DNA of 38,127 nt from Candidatus Uhrbacteria bacterium. Its GTDB lineage: Bacteria; Patescibacteriota; Patescibacteriia; UBA9934. Numbering within the stretch: the stretch's first letter is position 1; the number at the start of each line of letters is the position of its first letter. The stretch covers positions 1-38,127 of the forward strand of contig JAUYIW010000022.1 of NCBI GenBank assembly GCA_030688135.1, given 5' to 3'. Position numbers and translations under genes: made by a program. Positions 37,452 to 38,127 of the stretch are shown here, one piece after another. The notes under the pieces are model-generated. The model ran no database searches and was not told the origin of the DNA. It worked only from the letters and a program-made list of their open reading frames with translations.

Positions 37452-37838
37452 ATGAAATCTTTGCAAGAAGGCTTGATTGGACTCGGTCTAGTGTCAGGCC
37501 AAGCTCGAGCCGAACATGCCGTGAAAAGCATGGAGGAAGATGATGCACTGAGCGCTCGAAATGGTAGAGCAGGAGCTAGCGCACTGTCACTCATTGACTG
37601 CAAAAACGTCCGAGAATTCCGCCACGTAGCAAAACGCCTCCTCCTTCGTCGCTCTGCGGGAATTAGGGAGCTTATAACTACCGCATACGAGCTTCCCGAT
37701 GACGCATCGCGGAAACGCCTAATATGGCAGCTCCAACAGGTCTCACGAGGCCTGATGATGATCGATGAAGAAAAAAGGGATCAATTTCTCAACCGTGCAC
37801 TACGCGGGTCAAACCCGATGTTTAACACGGACTTCTGA
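37452..37838 (+). CDS. Hypothetical protein
   Basis: 128 aa, AAGGAG SD, own promoter and terminator. Confidence 0.7.
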   Translation: MKSLQEGLIGLGLVSGQARAEHAVKSMEEDDALSARNGRAGASALSLIDCKNVREFRHVAKRLLLRRSAGIRELITTAYELPDDASRKRLIWQLQQVSRGLMMIDEEKRDQFLNRALRGSNPMFNTDF

Positions 37839-37854
37839 GCTCAATCGTGTCCGT

Positions 37855-37922
37855 AGCCGCCCTCTCAAAAGGAGGGCGGTTTCAATTTGAAAACCCACCC
37901 GCATAATACGGGTGGGAATTTT
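37855..37922. terminator. Two adjacent terminator hairpins between convergent genes
   Basis: AGCCGCCCTCT/GGAGGGCGGTT and CCCACCCG/CGGGTGGG. Confidence 0.75.
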
Positions 37923-37946
37923 CATTAAACATCGTCTATAGAAATG

Positions 37947-38126
37947 TTATTTATCTACAGACATCGCAGGGCTCATTTCTGCTATTGGTTTGAGTTTTTT
38001 TGATCGTGATTTTATTTCAGCTAATTTTAAAGTTAGTCCTTCAAAATCTAAAAATGGCAAAACAAACAACATTGTAATAAGGCCAATTGGATGATTCAGA
38101 TACGGTGAAAAAATATGCACAACAAA
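37947..38126 (-). CDS. 3' end of a membrane protein, possibly O-antigen ligase family (partial, runs off window)
   Basis: Open frame FVVHIFSPYLNHPIGLITMLFVLPF...SVDK-stop. Confidence 0.5.
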   Translation of the reverse strand, partial: FVVHIFSPYLNHPIGLITMLFVLPFLDFEGLTLKLAEIKSRSKKLKPIAEMSPAMSVDK

Positions 38127-38127
38127 C

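Overview
Bacterial chromosomal segment that looks like a Patescibacteria (CPR, Parcubacteria-like) genome. This is inferred from gene content, a helicase-degenerate PriA, a PaaX/Cas2-like gene and housekeeping genes mostly without Shine-Dalgarno sites. The backbone is greA-lysS-cytidylyltransferase-serS-alr-ftsQ-like, an M23 peptidase, gltX, a WecB/TagA glycosyltransferase, CIRCE-controlled clpB, a MazG-like gene, priA-def-fmt and tRNA-Ala(GGC). A type I restriction-modification island follows the tRNA; its HsdM carries a MerR-type HTH and three accessory genes sit inside the operon. Several orphan genes have their own promoter, SD and terminator. The intergenic DNA is unusually structured. 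(1) A promoter- and terminator-bounded ~470-nt putative ncRNA at 30787-31292 (minus strand) holds 14 phased AYGAAC motifs with variable spacers, and a degenerate relative lies near 8760. (2) A GTCCGATCGGAC-core palindrome family brackets the PaaX/Cas2-like gene and recurs as an 'empty' pair at 37.2 kb. (3) Two MITE-like elements carry target-site duplications. (4) Several other dispersed repeat families, a CIRCE operator and a diverged duplicate of the fmt 5' end are present. No CRISPR array, rRNA or intact transposase/integrase was found.
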